Part shown: piece after piece, positions 48,776-63,064 of the stretch
Layout of the letters: the number at the start of each line of letters is the position of its first letter
How positions within the stretch are numbered: position 1 is the first letter of the stretch
DNA from: Eledone cirrhosa
Lineage: Eukaryota
Length of the DNA: 64,000 bases
Reading direction: 5' to 3'
Assembly: GCA_964016885.1 (NCBI GenBank)
Contig: OZ024740.1
Span: forward strand, 349,122,001-349,186,000
Notes under the pieces: generated by a model
The model's input: the letters and a program-made list of their open reading frames with translations, nothing else
The model's database searches: none
What the model was told of the DNA's origin: nothing
Translations under genes and position numbers: made by a program

Positions 48776-51700
48776 CTTTGAGTCTCAGTCATTGATGTTA
48801 ATTAACTGGAAAGTTTGTTGAAATGAATATCAAGCCACTACCTGCAGCCTCAGATATTCAGGACGTATCGGAGGGTTCTTGCTGTTCCCAGCAAGCATGC
48901 CTTTTGAAGCGTTCCAAAAAGCGTGAAGGGGCCAATTTTCTTTAAGCATCCATGGAAACTTTTTGAGATAGTACCTAGTGCGCCTATGACAATCGGGACC
49001 ACTTTGACTTCATGGCAGTTCCAAATCCTTTTTACCTCCCACTTTAAGTCCTGGTATCGGTTAATATTCTCCCTCTCCTTCTCTTGCACTCTCGTGTTGA
49101 ATGGGAAGGCCACATCCACAATCAGGCACGATCTTTTTTGTTTGTCCACAACCACCAGGTCAGGTCTATTGTGTTCCAGTTTCTTGTCCGTTTGTATCCT
49201 AAAATCCCACAGCACCTTCACCTGATCGTTTTCTATCACCGACTCTGGCTTATGCTCATACCACTTCTCAGAATGTGGTAAATTGTTTACTTTGCATAGG
49301 TGCCAGTGGATCACCCGCCCATCACATCATGTCTCCAGCCCTTATAGTGAGTCTGGGCTAGGTGTTTACACTCGGATACAATGTGAGCCACAGTCTCCTC
49401 TCTCTCTCCACAGATCCTGCACAGTGGGCTAGCCTCCTCCTTGTAAATATGGTGTTTCAACCACTTCGTTTTGAGGGCCTGCTCTTGCGCAGCCATTAAC
49501 ATTCCTTCTGTAGCCTTTTTAAGGTCTCCTCTTTTCAACCAGTTCCATGTGTGTGGATCTCTGAATTCAGTTTTCTCAAAGAAGGTACTATGAAGGGATT
49601 TTTCTTGATGGCTGCTCTTTCTCCTTGATGTTATTTCCTCCTTGGACATCCCCTGGTCTATTGTCCTCTCCTTCAGTACAGTTCTGAGCATTGGCTCCTT
49701 ACTATCAGTCACGTATTTGTGTAGGTTGTTTTTCTCCATCTGAACACAGTCCTCTATGCTGATAAGACATCTTCCACCTTCAGATCTCCTTAAGTAGAGT
49801 CTATCGACATCACTCCTCTTGTGGAACATGTTGTAGATAGTCAATAGCTTCCTAGTCTTCCTATTCATTTCTTTTTGTTCAGCAACATTCCATCTCAGAA
49901 TTCCCGCACTGTACCTAATAATAGACACAGCTCGGGAATTTACTGAATTTACGGCATTCCTACTGATCAGATGTGATTTTAATACGCTCCTTACTCTCCA
50001 AATGTATTCAGTTCTTATCAATTCCTTCATTTTTTGGTTCTTGATGTCAGCAGCCTCCAGAACACCCAAATACTTGTATCCTTCTTCAGTGTCAATTTCC
50101 TTTATCATCTCACCTGTTGGTACCTGGATTCCGTTACTTCTGCTCAATTTACCCCATTTCATCACAAGGACTCCACACTTACTAATACCAAATTGCATAC
50201 ATATATCATGGCTGAAAATACGGACAGTGTCAACAAGCACATCCAACTCCATCTCACTCTTCCCGAAGGGCTTAAGATCGTCCATGAAGAGGAGGTGATT
50301 GATGGTAAGCCTTCCCTTTCCCAACCTGTATCCTGCTCTCACTGTTCGCAGTATAATGGTCAGGGGCATCAGGGCAAGGACAAACAACAGAGGGAACAGA
50401 CTATTTCCCTGGAAGATACCTCTCTTGATTTTCACGCCTCCCAAGGATTCTCCAGCTGATGTTAACTCTGTTTCCCAGGACTTCATACTTTTGCCCAACA
50501 ACTGCCTGATGTTATCTGCCACCTTGAAGATCTCTAGGCTTTTGGTGATCCAAGAATGAGGCACCATGTCAAATGCCTTTTTGTAGTCTATCCATCCCAT
50601 GGCAAGACCAGTGTGTCTCCTCTTGCAATTCCTCATTACCATCTTATCAATAAGTAACTGGTCCTTTGTACCACGGGACTTCTTTCGGCATCCTTTCTGT
50701 TCGTCCGGTAACAAGTTGTTTGTGTGGAGGTGATCGTAGATTTCCTCAGACATGATGCTTGTCAACAGTTTCCACATTACGGACAGACATGTGATAGGTC
50801 TATAGTTGGTAACATCATTACCCTTGATTCAGTACCTTTTGTCAACCACTATGCTACCTCACCTGACATCAAGCAGTCATTGAACATGGTTTCCAGTTTC
50901 GGGTGGAGGGATGTTATATTTTTAATCCAATACCCCTGCACACCATCTGGGCCTGGTGATTTCCAGTTGGTTAGTTTTTTGGCCTGCCCCTTAAGAGTTT
51001 CAACTGTGATACTCAAATCACTTTGTTGGTGTGCCTGTTCACTAATCTCCTTCTGTACTGTCTCAATCCACACTGCCTGGTCATTATGTTTAACATCCTA
51101 CTCCCATATTCCTCTCCAGAATGTTTTAGTTTGTTCCGCCTCGGGATCAAGTCGTTGCCTCTTTCTTTCCCTTCAAGCTGTCCAAACAGCATCTTCTGAT
51201 TGTTGTCGAACATGCGGTTCTGTCTATACTGACTGATCCTGTTTTCGTATCGCCTGATTTTTGCACTCTTTGCTACAATGCGTTGCTTCAGTTCCTCTAT
51301 GATAATATTTAGCTTTTTCTTCCTAGTTTTGTACTTTATTTCCAGTCTATTTTTAGTGTCTATGTTTTTTAGTGTCCTATTCAGTAGGGACTCAAGCTTT
51401 CCAATATCATTTCTCATTTCCCTGATTTGACCACTCAGTCGTTTCTTCCACCAAGGCTCTGATCTTTCTTGTTTGTTGTTTCCTCTCGCTTTTATACCAA
51501 ATAATTTCCTCACCATATTTGCTGTTGCTTTGAGGATATTGTTGCACTGGTGAAGGCTCCTCGCCTCAAGGTATGGGATGACTTTGTTTACCTTAGCTGT
51601 TGTTTCTTTTAACTTTTTCCTGTCTACAAATCTTAGGTTCATAGGTTTCCCACTATCATTGTTCAATTCATCTACCACTAAGTTTAGGATATCAACTAAA

Positions 51701-52147
51701 TCATGTCCTAGCCCGTCAGCATTCATCTCCTCAATGGCCGTATCTTTGTTCCAGGTATTATTTATTTCAGCATTCAGATCATTGTCTGCTTCGGATGGTT
51801 CCTCCGTTCTCTGAACCTCTTCACCTTCATTTCCCACTGGCTCGTTTGCCTGGCATACTCCACTCTCCATTTCCAAGCTAATCTCTCTGCTCAGTTCCTC
51901 CAGTTCCAGCTCGCTTATCCACCCATTAGTTCTTATTACCCGAGCCTGCCCGGCCAATTTTTGTTCATCTAATTTAAATAGACCAATCTCGTTCCAGATG
52001 CTATGCATCCGTTTCCTATAGCCTTTCTCCTTGGGGTTACTCTTCAGGTAACATTGCATAACAGTTCTATTCAATTCTTTCGTCCAGTTGGTTCTGGTCC
52101 CTTTCCTTCTTCTTCTGGCCTTTCCTTCTTCTGTCCCTTTCCTTCTT
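48776..52147 (-). mobile_element. R4/Dong-like non-LTR retrotransposon (RT + restriction-like endonuclease), frameshifted, nearly full ORF
   Basis: N-terminal WTKELN..VMQCY..S.P...GYRKRM; RT motifs [28 protein letters not shown]; CCHC CRICG...HIVSEC; RHD; PDLVVVD..., VVPIVIGALG. The 3' end abuts (TAA)n. Confidence 0.88.
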
Positions 52148-52195
52148 CTTGTGGCCAATAAAGAAATCATTATTATTATTATTATTATTATTATT

Positions 52196-55100
52196 GGCGA
52201 CCTACGTAGTAAATCGTATCATCGTGAGCTCCGCAAAGGTTTGTTATTTCCGTTTGTTAAAAATTGCCATTTATGGAAAATTTTTATTGTTAACTATATA
52301 TAAGCGCACATACATTGTGTTCCGAAAAGGACACCCAAAAAGATTGGGGCCTTGTGCCCAAAATTTAAACTTTTATGATTATAAAAAAATTTCTTTGAAA
52401 ACAAAATGGCTAATTCACCTCTGCACCAAGCAGTTGAAAGCCTTCCTCACAAATTAGCACCTCACACCGACACCACCATTGTAAATGATACTACGTTTGC
52501 CAACACAAACAATTTAAGCACTAGCAATATTTTAAATTTGTCTCAGGCAGACATTCATTTCCCGCCATTACCAATGACTGCAGGTGTTAAAGCCGCCACC
52601 ACCACCACCACCGCGACAACCACCACTCCCACCACAACCGCGACAACAGAAACAAAAGGAAAAAATAAATCAACTCGTGATGTCGAAATATGTTCAACCA
52701 AAATGGACCCTTCCAAACCGAACTCCACTGACGTCACCACCACCACAACTGAAACTAAAATTAATAATAACAAAAATAACGATAGCAACAACAACAACAA
52801 TGACATTAAAAAAACCACCCTGAGTTTTGCCAGAGTAGCAAAACAGTGCGAAGCATTTACGGTAACTCAGGAGAAATTAGAAAATGCCAAAAACATGGTA
52901 AAGAAAGATGGGTACAGGGTCAGCCCCCACCCCCACCTAATAAAATGGAGCATCGGCGCCTATGCACCGTGTCGTATCGAACAATAATGTAAAATCGCGC
53001 CGAGTGGAACGGGCATCCGAGTCCCAAATCCAAAAAGCTTTGGGACATGTGTGGGCAAGAAAAACCCACATCAGACGTGGGCCGAAGTATGGAACCGTGG
53101 ACGTGTTCTTTGAAACACCAGAGGAGGCTAGAGAACACTCCACGGCCCTATTAAGAAGTGACGACTTCACACTCGTCCCAAGCTATTGTGGCCAGAGACT
53201 CGTAAAGATCAGGGTCACCCACGTTCCACCGGCCATCGAAATTCCCTGGCTAATAGCGGCCGTCCTCGCCGGCATCGAAGCCAACACAAAGATAATAGCA
53301 ATAGCAAAAGAAAAGCAGGAGAACTGGTCCGGATCTGGGATGGAGCTCCTGATCCAAGCGGACCAAAAAAGCATTGAGGAGATCCCAGAGGTAATAGACC
53401 TCACTGACGGCAGCCACCTCACCGTAATTGTCGAGGGCAGAAGGCCTAGGTGTGTCGTTTGTGGTGAAGGAACCCACCTAAGGGCTTTCTGCCCTCGGGC
53501 TAAAAAGTTGAGGCCACCTCTCCTACCCACCCCAGTATCTCAACCATCAACACCACCAGTAGCAGAGATGGCAGCAACAACTGTAGCAGCAACAACAGAA
53601 GCAACTATAACAGCAACAACCCCACCACCACCAGCAAAACCAACACCACCACCACCCAACGCTTCAGAACTAGCACCAGCGCCTACACCATCCACCACGC
53701 CACAACCAAAACTAACGCCTGTGGAGGATTTTCCACTCCCCGGTCTATCACAACTGGAGATAGATTGTGACGACGAGGAGTGGAAAACGGTATCAGGAAA
53801 AAAAAAGAAATCAAAAAAGAAATAATTGTTTTCCTTCCCCCTCCAAAAACAAAATACAGAGGGAAACATATAAATTAACAAACAAAAAAGTTAGGACAGA
53901 TATGCCACCATCCACACCAGCATCACCAACCCCATCACCCCAAACACCAACACCATCACCATCATTAACCCCAACACCACCATCAGCTACACCACAAAAG
54001 TCACCAAAATGCGAAACAGAAACAAACGCACAACATACGCAAACAAAACAAAACAATCAAAACGATACACACTACACAGCATTAAATTTGAACAACAAGC
54101 AATTATTACACTACATCCAACACAACACCAGCATCACAGAAAAAGACTATACAACAACCCAACAATTCACACCACCTCCACACATACAAATCACTCGCAT
54201 CACACAGAAAACGTACATGACACTAAAACAAAAAATCAACAAAGACATCGGAGACTTCCGACAAGCACTCTCCATAAGGACATCCTTCCGGAGGAGGCCA
54301 CAAGCAGTGAAAAGGTTGGAAAAACCGTCCTTCCTCAGAATAGACAGCATAAATGCGCGTGGCTTGGGATCGTCATGGAAGCAGGGCCACCTGCTCAACG
54401 ACCTCAGGTCACTAAACATAGATGTAGTGGCCATCAGCGAGACCAGAATCTCCGAAGAACGGGCCTTCGCACCGATCTTCGGCGGCTACGATGTGTACGC
54501 ATCTCCCAGCCGTCCGGCATCGGGGGGGGGGAGGAATTGCTGTGCTTTTTCGGAGAGGTTTGGATCTTGCCATACGGGCCATCTTCCTGGACCCAGTAGG
54601 TAAGTTGGTGGTGCTGGACGTGACCAGCGGAGACGGGAAAGCTTTCAGGTTAGTGGCCGTCTATGCCCCGACAGGAGCAGGGCGGCCTGATTTCTTCCGG
54701 CGTCTGGAGACCTTTCTTGGAACGTCCCGCTCTTTAGTGTTAGTGGGCGACTGGAACGGGATCTTAGATGCACGCTGGGATTGTGTGGGATTAGTGGATA
54801 GGGAAGGAGGGTGCAAGAGTCTCACCAACCTGCTCAGGCGTTTTGAACTGTCTGACAGGTACCGAATGGATTTCCCGAATGTACCAGTGTGGAATTGGAC
54901 AAATCGCATAGGGTCATCCAGATCATATCTAGATAGAGTATTTTGTAGGGAAATAGATAGGTCTAGCATAGGCTGTCCACAATTCAAGATAGTCAGCTAC
55001 ACGGACCACAAATTCGTAATCTATGTGCTTGACTTAGCTAGGCTTCATAGACGAGGACCCGGCTACTGGAAGCTAAACGCGTCCTTACCAGCGCGCAAGG

Positions 55101-57979
55101 CCTACAGAGACCGGATTAGCGAACTAGTTAAGCGGGCGTTGACGGGGGCCATCGTCAACAACAAGTGTTGGTTTGCTCTGAAAAGAGCAATTAGAATAGA
55201 GTCCATTAGGTTTAGTAAGGCTTTAGCAATAGAGAAAAATAGAGCAGAGGGAGAATTAGTTAGAAAATTAGACGAGGCGCTTTGCAAAGGCATTGCGACC
55301 GACGTACTTGCAGCGAAATTGGCCCTTGACCAATTCTTCAATGCAAAGCACGAAGGCTGCGTTGTCAGAGCTAGGGTGCGTGCTCTCAGACACGAGGGGA
55401 CGTAAGCCGTTCAATGGGCCCGAGTGGCGGAGGCGTGTCGTGGCAACAAAGCCATGATCCGGTCTTTGGTGAACCACGACGGGCGCATGCTACTCGATCC
55501 CGGGAAAATGTGTGAAGCTTTTCAGCGACACTTCGCTCAGCTGTTCGGGGGCAGCGGCGAGCCGGATCGAGGGATGGACTTTAGTGTCTACCTCGACTGA
55601 CTGCCGCGGCTCTCGGCCACTGAGGCGGAGTTTTGCGAAAAGCCAATAACAGCCGCTGAAGTACGGGAAGCAATGACTAGCTGCACAAGGGGTAAATAGC
55701 CTGGTTTGGATGGTCTGCCCTATGAACTTTACGTACAGATGCCAGACTTGTTCGGAGGCCTCTTGGCGGACGTCTACTGCAATTGGCAACAGAACGGGAG
55801 CATTCCCAGCTCTGTGAGCCGAGGAGCTGTTGCGCTGCTGAGAAAGGATCCGAACAAGGGGGATAACATAGATAATTTTAGGCCCATAACTCTGCTAAAC
55901 ACAGAGTTCAAGATTTTGGCCAAGGTGCTAGCAAAGAGGTTGGCGCTTGTCGTTGGTGGTCTGGTGGGAGAGGCGCAAACATGTGCCATTCCCGACAGAT
56001 CCATCCACGACAACCTCCACCTCATGCAATACATCGTATAGAGAGTAGCTAGGGAACCTGGCACGGGTGGGTCCTTGATCAATTTAGATCAGTCGAAAGC
56101 TTTCGATAGGGTCGACCATCGTTACCTAGCGGCAGTCTTGAGGGCGGCTGGCTTTGGGCCCGTCTTCAGAGGCTGGATCGCTGCCATGCACAGCGACATC
56201 TGCTCTGTGGTGAGAGTGAACGGTCACCTTTCGGAACCGTTCAACATCATGCGCTCGGTCCGCCAAGGATGTCCCCTCTCGTCCCTCTTGTACGTATTGA
56301 CTCTCGAGCCATTACTGCACAAACTGGAGACGTGGAGGGGGGTCCCGCGCGAACTAGGAAGCGGAAGATCCGTGTCAGCATATGCGGACGATGTCACCGT
56401 AGTGGTGTCGAACGCCAAACACATTGAGGCGATCGGCACTACACTAAGAGAATACGATGCGGTGACAGGAGCAATGATCAACCAGGAAAAGTCGGTGGGC
56501 CTGCAGCTCGGCACCTGGAGAGGCAGGTCCATGCCGTCCAACAGCGTCGTCGGGCGCTGGACGGACGGACCGGTTAAATTGCTAGGGGTCTGGTTCGGTC
56601 CGGACCTCCAGACGGACAAAAACTGGGACGAGGTGACGAGCAGGGTGGCTTCTCTCAATCAGAAATGGGCGGAGAGGAGGCTATCCCTGAAAGGTCGAGC
56701 GGAGGTGGCTAACGCGTACATCGCGTCCGTCATCTACTACCGCCTGACCGTCGTACCTTGTCCTAAGCCCCGCCTGACTGCGCTGGAGCGTTTGCTCTTT
56801 CGCTTTTTATGGAAGGGACGCGCTCCGATGGTCAGGCGGTCCATCTGCTGTCAACAGCTGCTACGTGGAGGGCTGGGCCTGCCGTGGCTGATGATGCGCA
56901 GACACGCCCTCAGGCTACGACATCTCCACCTCTTCCTCGACGGTGATCAGGTGTGGTCTCCGTTTGCTAGACGCGTCTTTCCCCAGCTGGGTCAAGCGAA
57001 GACCGAGAGGGAGCGCTTGAAGACTGGAATGTCTTCAGGTGCTCACAGCCCTCGACCAATCGGGCAATGTGATCGGTGGAAACTCCACCTTGGCGTTCTA
57101 TAGAGGATTAGTGGAGGGGAAGAGCGACGACGTGCTTGGGGAAACTCTAGGCGTCGACGAAAATCAACTAGCCAATCTCTTCGGAAGAAATTTCGGGCCG
57201 GGGCCTATGAACAACTTCCAGAAATCCCTGGCCTGGCAGTGCTACTGAGGAGCTTTGCCAGTTCGGGATAAACTCTACAGGCATGGAGGTGCCATCAGCC
57301 GGGCATGTCCGAGATGCGCGCAGGGCGACGAAACCGTCCTGCACGCACTCGTCCAGTGTCCGAGCATTGCTGACTTGTGGGTTTATGTCGAACACCTGCT
57401 GTCGCGTGTAGGACGGATCCAGCTATCAGCTGAGTCCATCGTGAGGATTGCTCCACCCTCTTCCTTTAGCCGGGAAGGGCAGGCAGTTTTTATCTATCTG
57501 GTGGCCATGGCGAAAGAGATAGTATGGTGAACACGTTTGAAAGGGCTGAAGACGAGCACTTATCTCTTCGGTGATGCCCTGATTAACTTTTTCAAATTTC
57601 ATTTAAAAAGGAAAATCAGGGTAGAAAGGGAAATGCTCTCTTCCCAGCATTTTGTTGAAAGATGGGTGAGAGAGGCAAGAATGACCCGAGTGAATGGGCC
57701 TACTCTGAGTATGTGTCTGTAAATTAAAGGTGGAAAACTAGGAGAGGGCTCTTGCCCTGGTGGTCAGGGTCACTGTGGCTTTTTAATGGGCTTTCTCCAC
57801 GAATGTCCCTCGGAAGTCTCCCCCCCCCCCCCTGTTGGGGAATTTTTTCATTGTTCTATTATTACATCCTCTGTTTCTTGTTTTTTTACACGCAGAAATA
57901 CCCATTTGTACCGCCCTGTATTGTCCTGTACTGTCCTTAATGTCTACTTTATGTAGACCCTTGTGGTTAATAAAGAAAG

Positions 57980-57980
<1 letters not shown>
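52196..57980 (+). mobile_element. Full-length but inactivated L1/Tx1-like LINE (ORF1 with CCHC knuckle; ORF2 APE-RT-CCHC)
   Basis: ORF1 52406-53825 has a frameshift and CVVCGEGTHLRAFC. Endonuclease motifs INARGL, SET, VYAP, GDWN, YLDR, TDH, GYWKLN. RT motifs FRPITLLN, KAFDRVDH, RQGCPLS, AYADD; then CPRC..H...C. Several stops and frameshifts; flanked by (ATT)n on both sides. Confidence 0.9.
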
Positions 57981-58028
<48 letters not shown>

Positions 58029-58034
58029 GTTGTT

Positions 58035-59507
58035 CTTTGAGTGTCAGTCGTTGGTGTTATTTAACTGGAAAGTTTGTTGAAATGAATATCAAGCCGCTAC
58101 CTGCAGCCTCAGATATTCAGGACGTATCGGAGAGTTCTTGCTGTTCCCAGCAAGCATGCCTGTTGAAGTGTTCCAAAAAGCGGGGCTGGACTAATTTTCT
58201 TTAACCATCCTTGGAAACTCTTTGACTTAGTACCTAGTGCGCCTATGACAATCGGAACGACTCTGACTTCATGGCAGTTCCAAATCCTTTTTACCTCCCA
58301 CTTTAAGTCCTGGTATCGGTTAATTTTCTCCCTCTCTTTTTCTTGCACTCTCTTGTCAAATGGTCAGGCTACATCTACAATCAGGCACGATCTTTTTCCT
58401 TGTCCGAAACCACCAGGTCAGGCCTATTGTGTTCTAGTTTCTTGTCCGTCCGTATCCTAAAATCGCATAGCACCTTCACCTGATCGTTTTCTATCACCGA
58501 CTCTGGCTCATACCACTTCTCAGAATGTGGTAAATTGTTTACTTTGCATAGGTGCCAGTGGATCACCCTGCCTATCACATCATGTCTCCATCCTTTATAG
58601 CGAGTCTGGGCTAGATGTTAACACTCGGATACAATGTGAGCCACAGTCTCCTCACTCTCCACAGATCCTACACAGTGGGCTAGCCTCCTCCTTGTAAATA
58701 TAGTGTTTCACCCACTTCGTTCTGAGGGCCTGCTCTTGCGCAGCCATTAGCATTCCTTCTGTAGCCTTTTAAAGGTCTCCTCTTTTCAACCAGTTCCATC
58801 TCTGTGAATCTCTAAATTCAGTTTTCTCAAGGAAGGTACTATGAAGAGATTTTTCATGAAGGTTGCTCTTCCTCCTTGCTGTTATTTCCTCCTTGGACAT
58901 CCCCTGGTCTATTGTCTTCTCCTTCAGTACAATTCTGAGCATTGGCTCCCTACTGTCAGTCACGTATTTGTGCAGGTTGTTTTTCTCCATCTGAACACAG
59001 TCTTCTATGCTGATAAGACCCCTTCCACCTTCAGATCTCTTTAAGTAGAGTCTATCGACATCACTCCTCTTGTGGAACATGTTGTAGATAGTCAATAGCT
59101 TCCTAGTCTTCCTATTCATTTCTTTTTGTTTAGCAACATTCCATTTCAGAATTCCAATACTGTACCTAATAATAGACACAGCTCGGGAATTCACTGCATT
59201 TATGACATTCCTACTATTTAGACGTGATTTTAATACGCTCCTTACTCTCCTAATGTACTCAGATCTTATCAATTCCTTCATTTTTTGGTTCTTACTAATA
59301 CCAAATTGCATAGATATATCATTGCTGAAAATACGGACAGTCTCAACAAGCACATCCAACTCCTTCTCACTCTTCCCGAAGAGCTTAAGATCGTCCATGA
59401 AGAGGAGGTGATTGATGGTAAGCTCTCCTTTCCTGATGTCATCTGCCTCCAGAACACCTAAATATTTGTATCCTTCTTCAGTATCAATTTCCTTTATCAT
59501 CTCACCT
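58035..59507 (-). mobile_element. 5'-truncated R4/Dong-like element, same family as 48776-52147
   Basis: Aligns with 48776-50320, including the 3' UTR. (ATT)n lies on one side and an ATT-like remnant on the other. Confidence 0.88.
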
Positions 59508-59520
59508 ATTATTTTTATTA

Positions 59521-62070
59521 TGGTTGCATTTATCTTGCTTTATGTTCATACGTGTTATCACCAAGTCACAGCCAGTGACCTCACGAGACAACAAGGTCCG
59601 CCATGTTCAAGAAAGAACATACATTCACACACTTGCATCTTTAGGTGTTTAGACTTGTGATGTACTTATATTGACAGAATCTTCCTTAATATATGGGCAG
59701 TTACCATTAGTACTATCTTTTGTATTTCTCCTATACGCGGGTTTCCTGGGATTTGCGATAAGTAATCATTACACCCCTTAGGTATCATTCCTAGAGCGCC
59801 TACCACCACTGGTATTGTTTTACTTCTCAACTTCCACATTTTTCCAATTTCTATCTCCAGGTCTTTAAACTTGCTCAATTTTTCAAATGTTCTTATAGAT
59901 ACATTCTTGTCTATTGGAACGGACATATCAATTAGCAGGCATACCCTTTTTTAAAGTCCTTCAGTATTATATCAGGTCTATTTGCATTCATTTTTCGGTC
60001 TGTTTAGATGCTAAAGTTCCACAAGATTGAGATGTGATATTTCTCAAGTACGGGGAGGGGGGGGTGATGCTCGCACCAATTCTTTTGATGAGGCAGATCA
60101 AAATGCTTACACATTATCCAATGTATGTATTGTGCAGCTCTGTCGTGCCTGTTTAGGTATCCGGTTGGAGCTATAGGACTGCACATTGAAATTATATGAT
60201 CAATGGTTTCTGGTTGTTTTTTACATACACGGCATAATGGGTTGCATCCATTTTTTATTATGTTGGCTTGATAATTTTTTGTTGGCAGACACTGATCTTG
60301 TGCTGATATACTCAGTCTTTCAGTCTCCGATTTCAGTCCAGAGGATGCCAACCACTGATGGGTTAAAGTTTTGTCAACATCAGGATTGTTAGCTCTTTCT
60401 GGGTATTTTCCATACAGAGGCTTTTCTTGCCATTTCTTAGCCAGTTTCTGTAGCAGTTCTTTCTTTGCAGTTACTGTTACCTGCTTTTTCTGTGTTCAAT
60501 TCAGCAGTAAATGGAACTTCTGAAATGTGTAGTTCATTACTGTATCTTTGTGCATCTTTTGTAATGGAGTATGATCCTTTGATGTGATCAAGTTTCAAAA
60601 CGAGTTTGATCGTCCAATCATGTGATTCCCTTAGATATGTAGATAATCCAATTGTTGCAGTTTTCAACGCAATGTCTAACTGGATTAACCCACGTCCTCC
60701 TTCTTTCCTAGGGAGATATATTCTATCTGTATCTGCCTTAGGGTGATGCATTCTGTGCATGGTTAAGAGTTTTCTAATTTTTTTATCGAGCCTACGGATC
60801 TCTGTGCTTGACCAGTTGATGACATTGTAACTGTAGGTTACTACTGGTATGGCAAGCGTGTTTATGGCATCGATCCTATTCCTTGCATTCAATTCCGTTC
60901 TTAAGATTGTTCTTACTCTGCGGTAACATTCCTTCCTTATCCTTTCCCTCATTGTCGAGTGCTTGATTTCGTCTCCTTCACAAACACCTAGTTATTTGTA
61001 AGTTTCCTCTTGATCAAGTTCTCTTACCACATTCCCCCGATCAAGATTAATGTCTGAACTTCTCAGCAGCTTTCCTCTGGTGAACGTGGCTTTGGCGCAT
61101 TTATCTAGTCCAAACTCCATTTTAATATCATCACTGAACTGCTTCACAGTGGATAATAGCCCTTGCAATTGCTCTTCATTTTTTGAAAATAGTTTCAGGT
61201 CATCCATGTATAACAAGTGATTAATGGTTTTGTCATAGACTTTATATCCATGTTTTGTTTCATCGAGCATTTTACTTAATGATATAAGTGCGATGCCGAA
61301 TAAAAGCGGTGATAAAGAGTCACACTGAAAAATTTCACAATTAATATTAACTTCTCTAGCTTCCAGTGATTTTTTTTCACTATTCAAGAGGAGTGTCGTT
61401 TTCTCTCTTCACACTGAATGACAAGAACTTCCTGACAACGGGAGATATTTTGAAAATCTCTAAACACTTTTCAATCCAACTGTGTGGCGCAAATTATCGA
61501 ATGCTTTTTTGTAATCTATCTATTTTTGTGTCTATTATGACAATCTTCCATTTTGTTAACCAAAAGCTGATCCTTACAGCCATATGAGCCTCGTTTACAC
61601 CCTTTCTGCTCACTGAGAAATAGATCATTTGTTATCAGGTGATCATATATATATTCAATTAGGACTGATGTTAAAATGTTATACATTGTGGTCATGCAAG
61701 TTATCGGTCTGTAATTTTGGGGATTGTTTGTCTCATCATTTTTCGCAAGTAGGAATGTAATGCCGTTAACTAGACATGATGGCATCTTTTCTGGATCCTT
61801 AACCACTTTATTGTAAAGTTGGGCTAACAGCTCATGAGACTCTGTGAAGGCATTTATCCAACAATTTTGTATTTTGTCTTTCTCTGGGGATTTCCATTTG
61901 CTGGATGTTCAACTGTTATATTTTCCCATGTTTGTTCCTCAAGGTGAGCTGCATCTTTCATTTTTCTGTCTATCCATGGGGCATGTATATTATGAACGTT
62001 TTCTTCGGCCCAGATCTTTTCCCAGAATTCTTGCACTTCCTCCTTGGGCGGTATTGAATTAGCTGTTATT
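59521..62070 (-). mobile_element. Second, more diverged R4/Dong-like family element (degenerate)
   Basis: NYRPITC, EQKGC, HLLYMDDLK, EGGRGL, CRVC...HIISMC, RHD and IPVVVGALG in broken frames. Confidence 0.82.
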
Positions 62071-62504
62071 GTTGACTTGCTGGGGATAAAATCTGCACTA
62101 GTAATCTATTAAGAAAAATCGAAAATGTAAACACTGCAACACTTGTCTCAGAGAAAAAACATTAGCGTAACCAAACTATCAGTTATTTCGAAACAAAGAA
62201 ATTGGATGGACATGAAAAACAAAAATAAAAAATGCGTTATCTGTCTGTCGTTTAAAATCATTGCTTCTAAATGAAAATCTCATAAGGCTTTATGCTTTTT
62301 TTACAAAATATGTGCTTGTTTTGCGGTGTATTCAAATAGGCTTGTTTTCAAGTAAAAATATTGTTTTAAAAGACTTTTTAATGGAAATGAAGCAAAATGG
62401 AAGCTTAATGTTGAAATTTTGAACTCATAAATTTTGCAGGTTAAAATTTTGCTGACCCGAAAGATCGTGTATTTTTGAACTTTTGCACGCGTTAATTATT
62501 CGTA

Positions 62505-63033
62505 ACGTAAATAGATAAACAAATGACGTGATAAAAGGGAAATAATTCGTCTCTCATCTCTATTTATACTTTTGAACTGAAAAATCAATACATTACAAAT
62601 TCGACTTCTGCACTTGGCGTGGGTCGATTTGAAAATATTTTTGACCGATGTCTCCGCCGGACCTTCATCTATAAGTGTAGCAATTTCACTGAAATTTGAA
62701 CGTACGGTTTAGGGTGAGATGTGTGCCGATCGTTTTAGTAGACAGACAGACAGACAGACAACCTCAGTTTTATATATATAGACGTAAATAGATAAACAAA
62801 TGACGCGAAGGCTACGGAAATAACTCGTCTCTCATCTCTATTTATACATTTGAACTGAAAAATCAATACATGACAAATTCGATTTTTGCACTTGGCGTGG
62901 GTCGATTTGAAAATATTTTTGACTGATGTCTCCGCCGGACCTTCATCTATAAGTGTAGCAATTTCACTGAAATTTGAACGTACGGTTTAGGAGGAGATGT
63001 GTGCCGACCGTTTTAGTAGACAGACAGACAGAC
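62505..63033 (-). repeat. Tandem ~278-bp duplication of a Helitron-like 5' end
   Basis: 62505-62760 ~ 62782-63033. The first unit ends (GACA)n-ACCTCAGTTTTATATATATAGA, like the Helitron ends at 2474 and 36182. Confidence 0.7.
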
Positions 63034-63064
63034 AGTAATTTATTAGTAATTTTATTAGTTAATG

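Noticed and set aside
52148-52170. ATG start of the 385-aa ORF 51013-52170
   Set aside because: The start codon comes from the antisense of a Tx1-like 3' stub and its ATT tail, not from the Dong-like element, whose real 5' end is missing.
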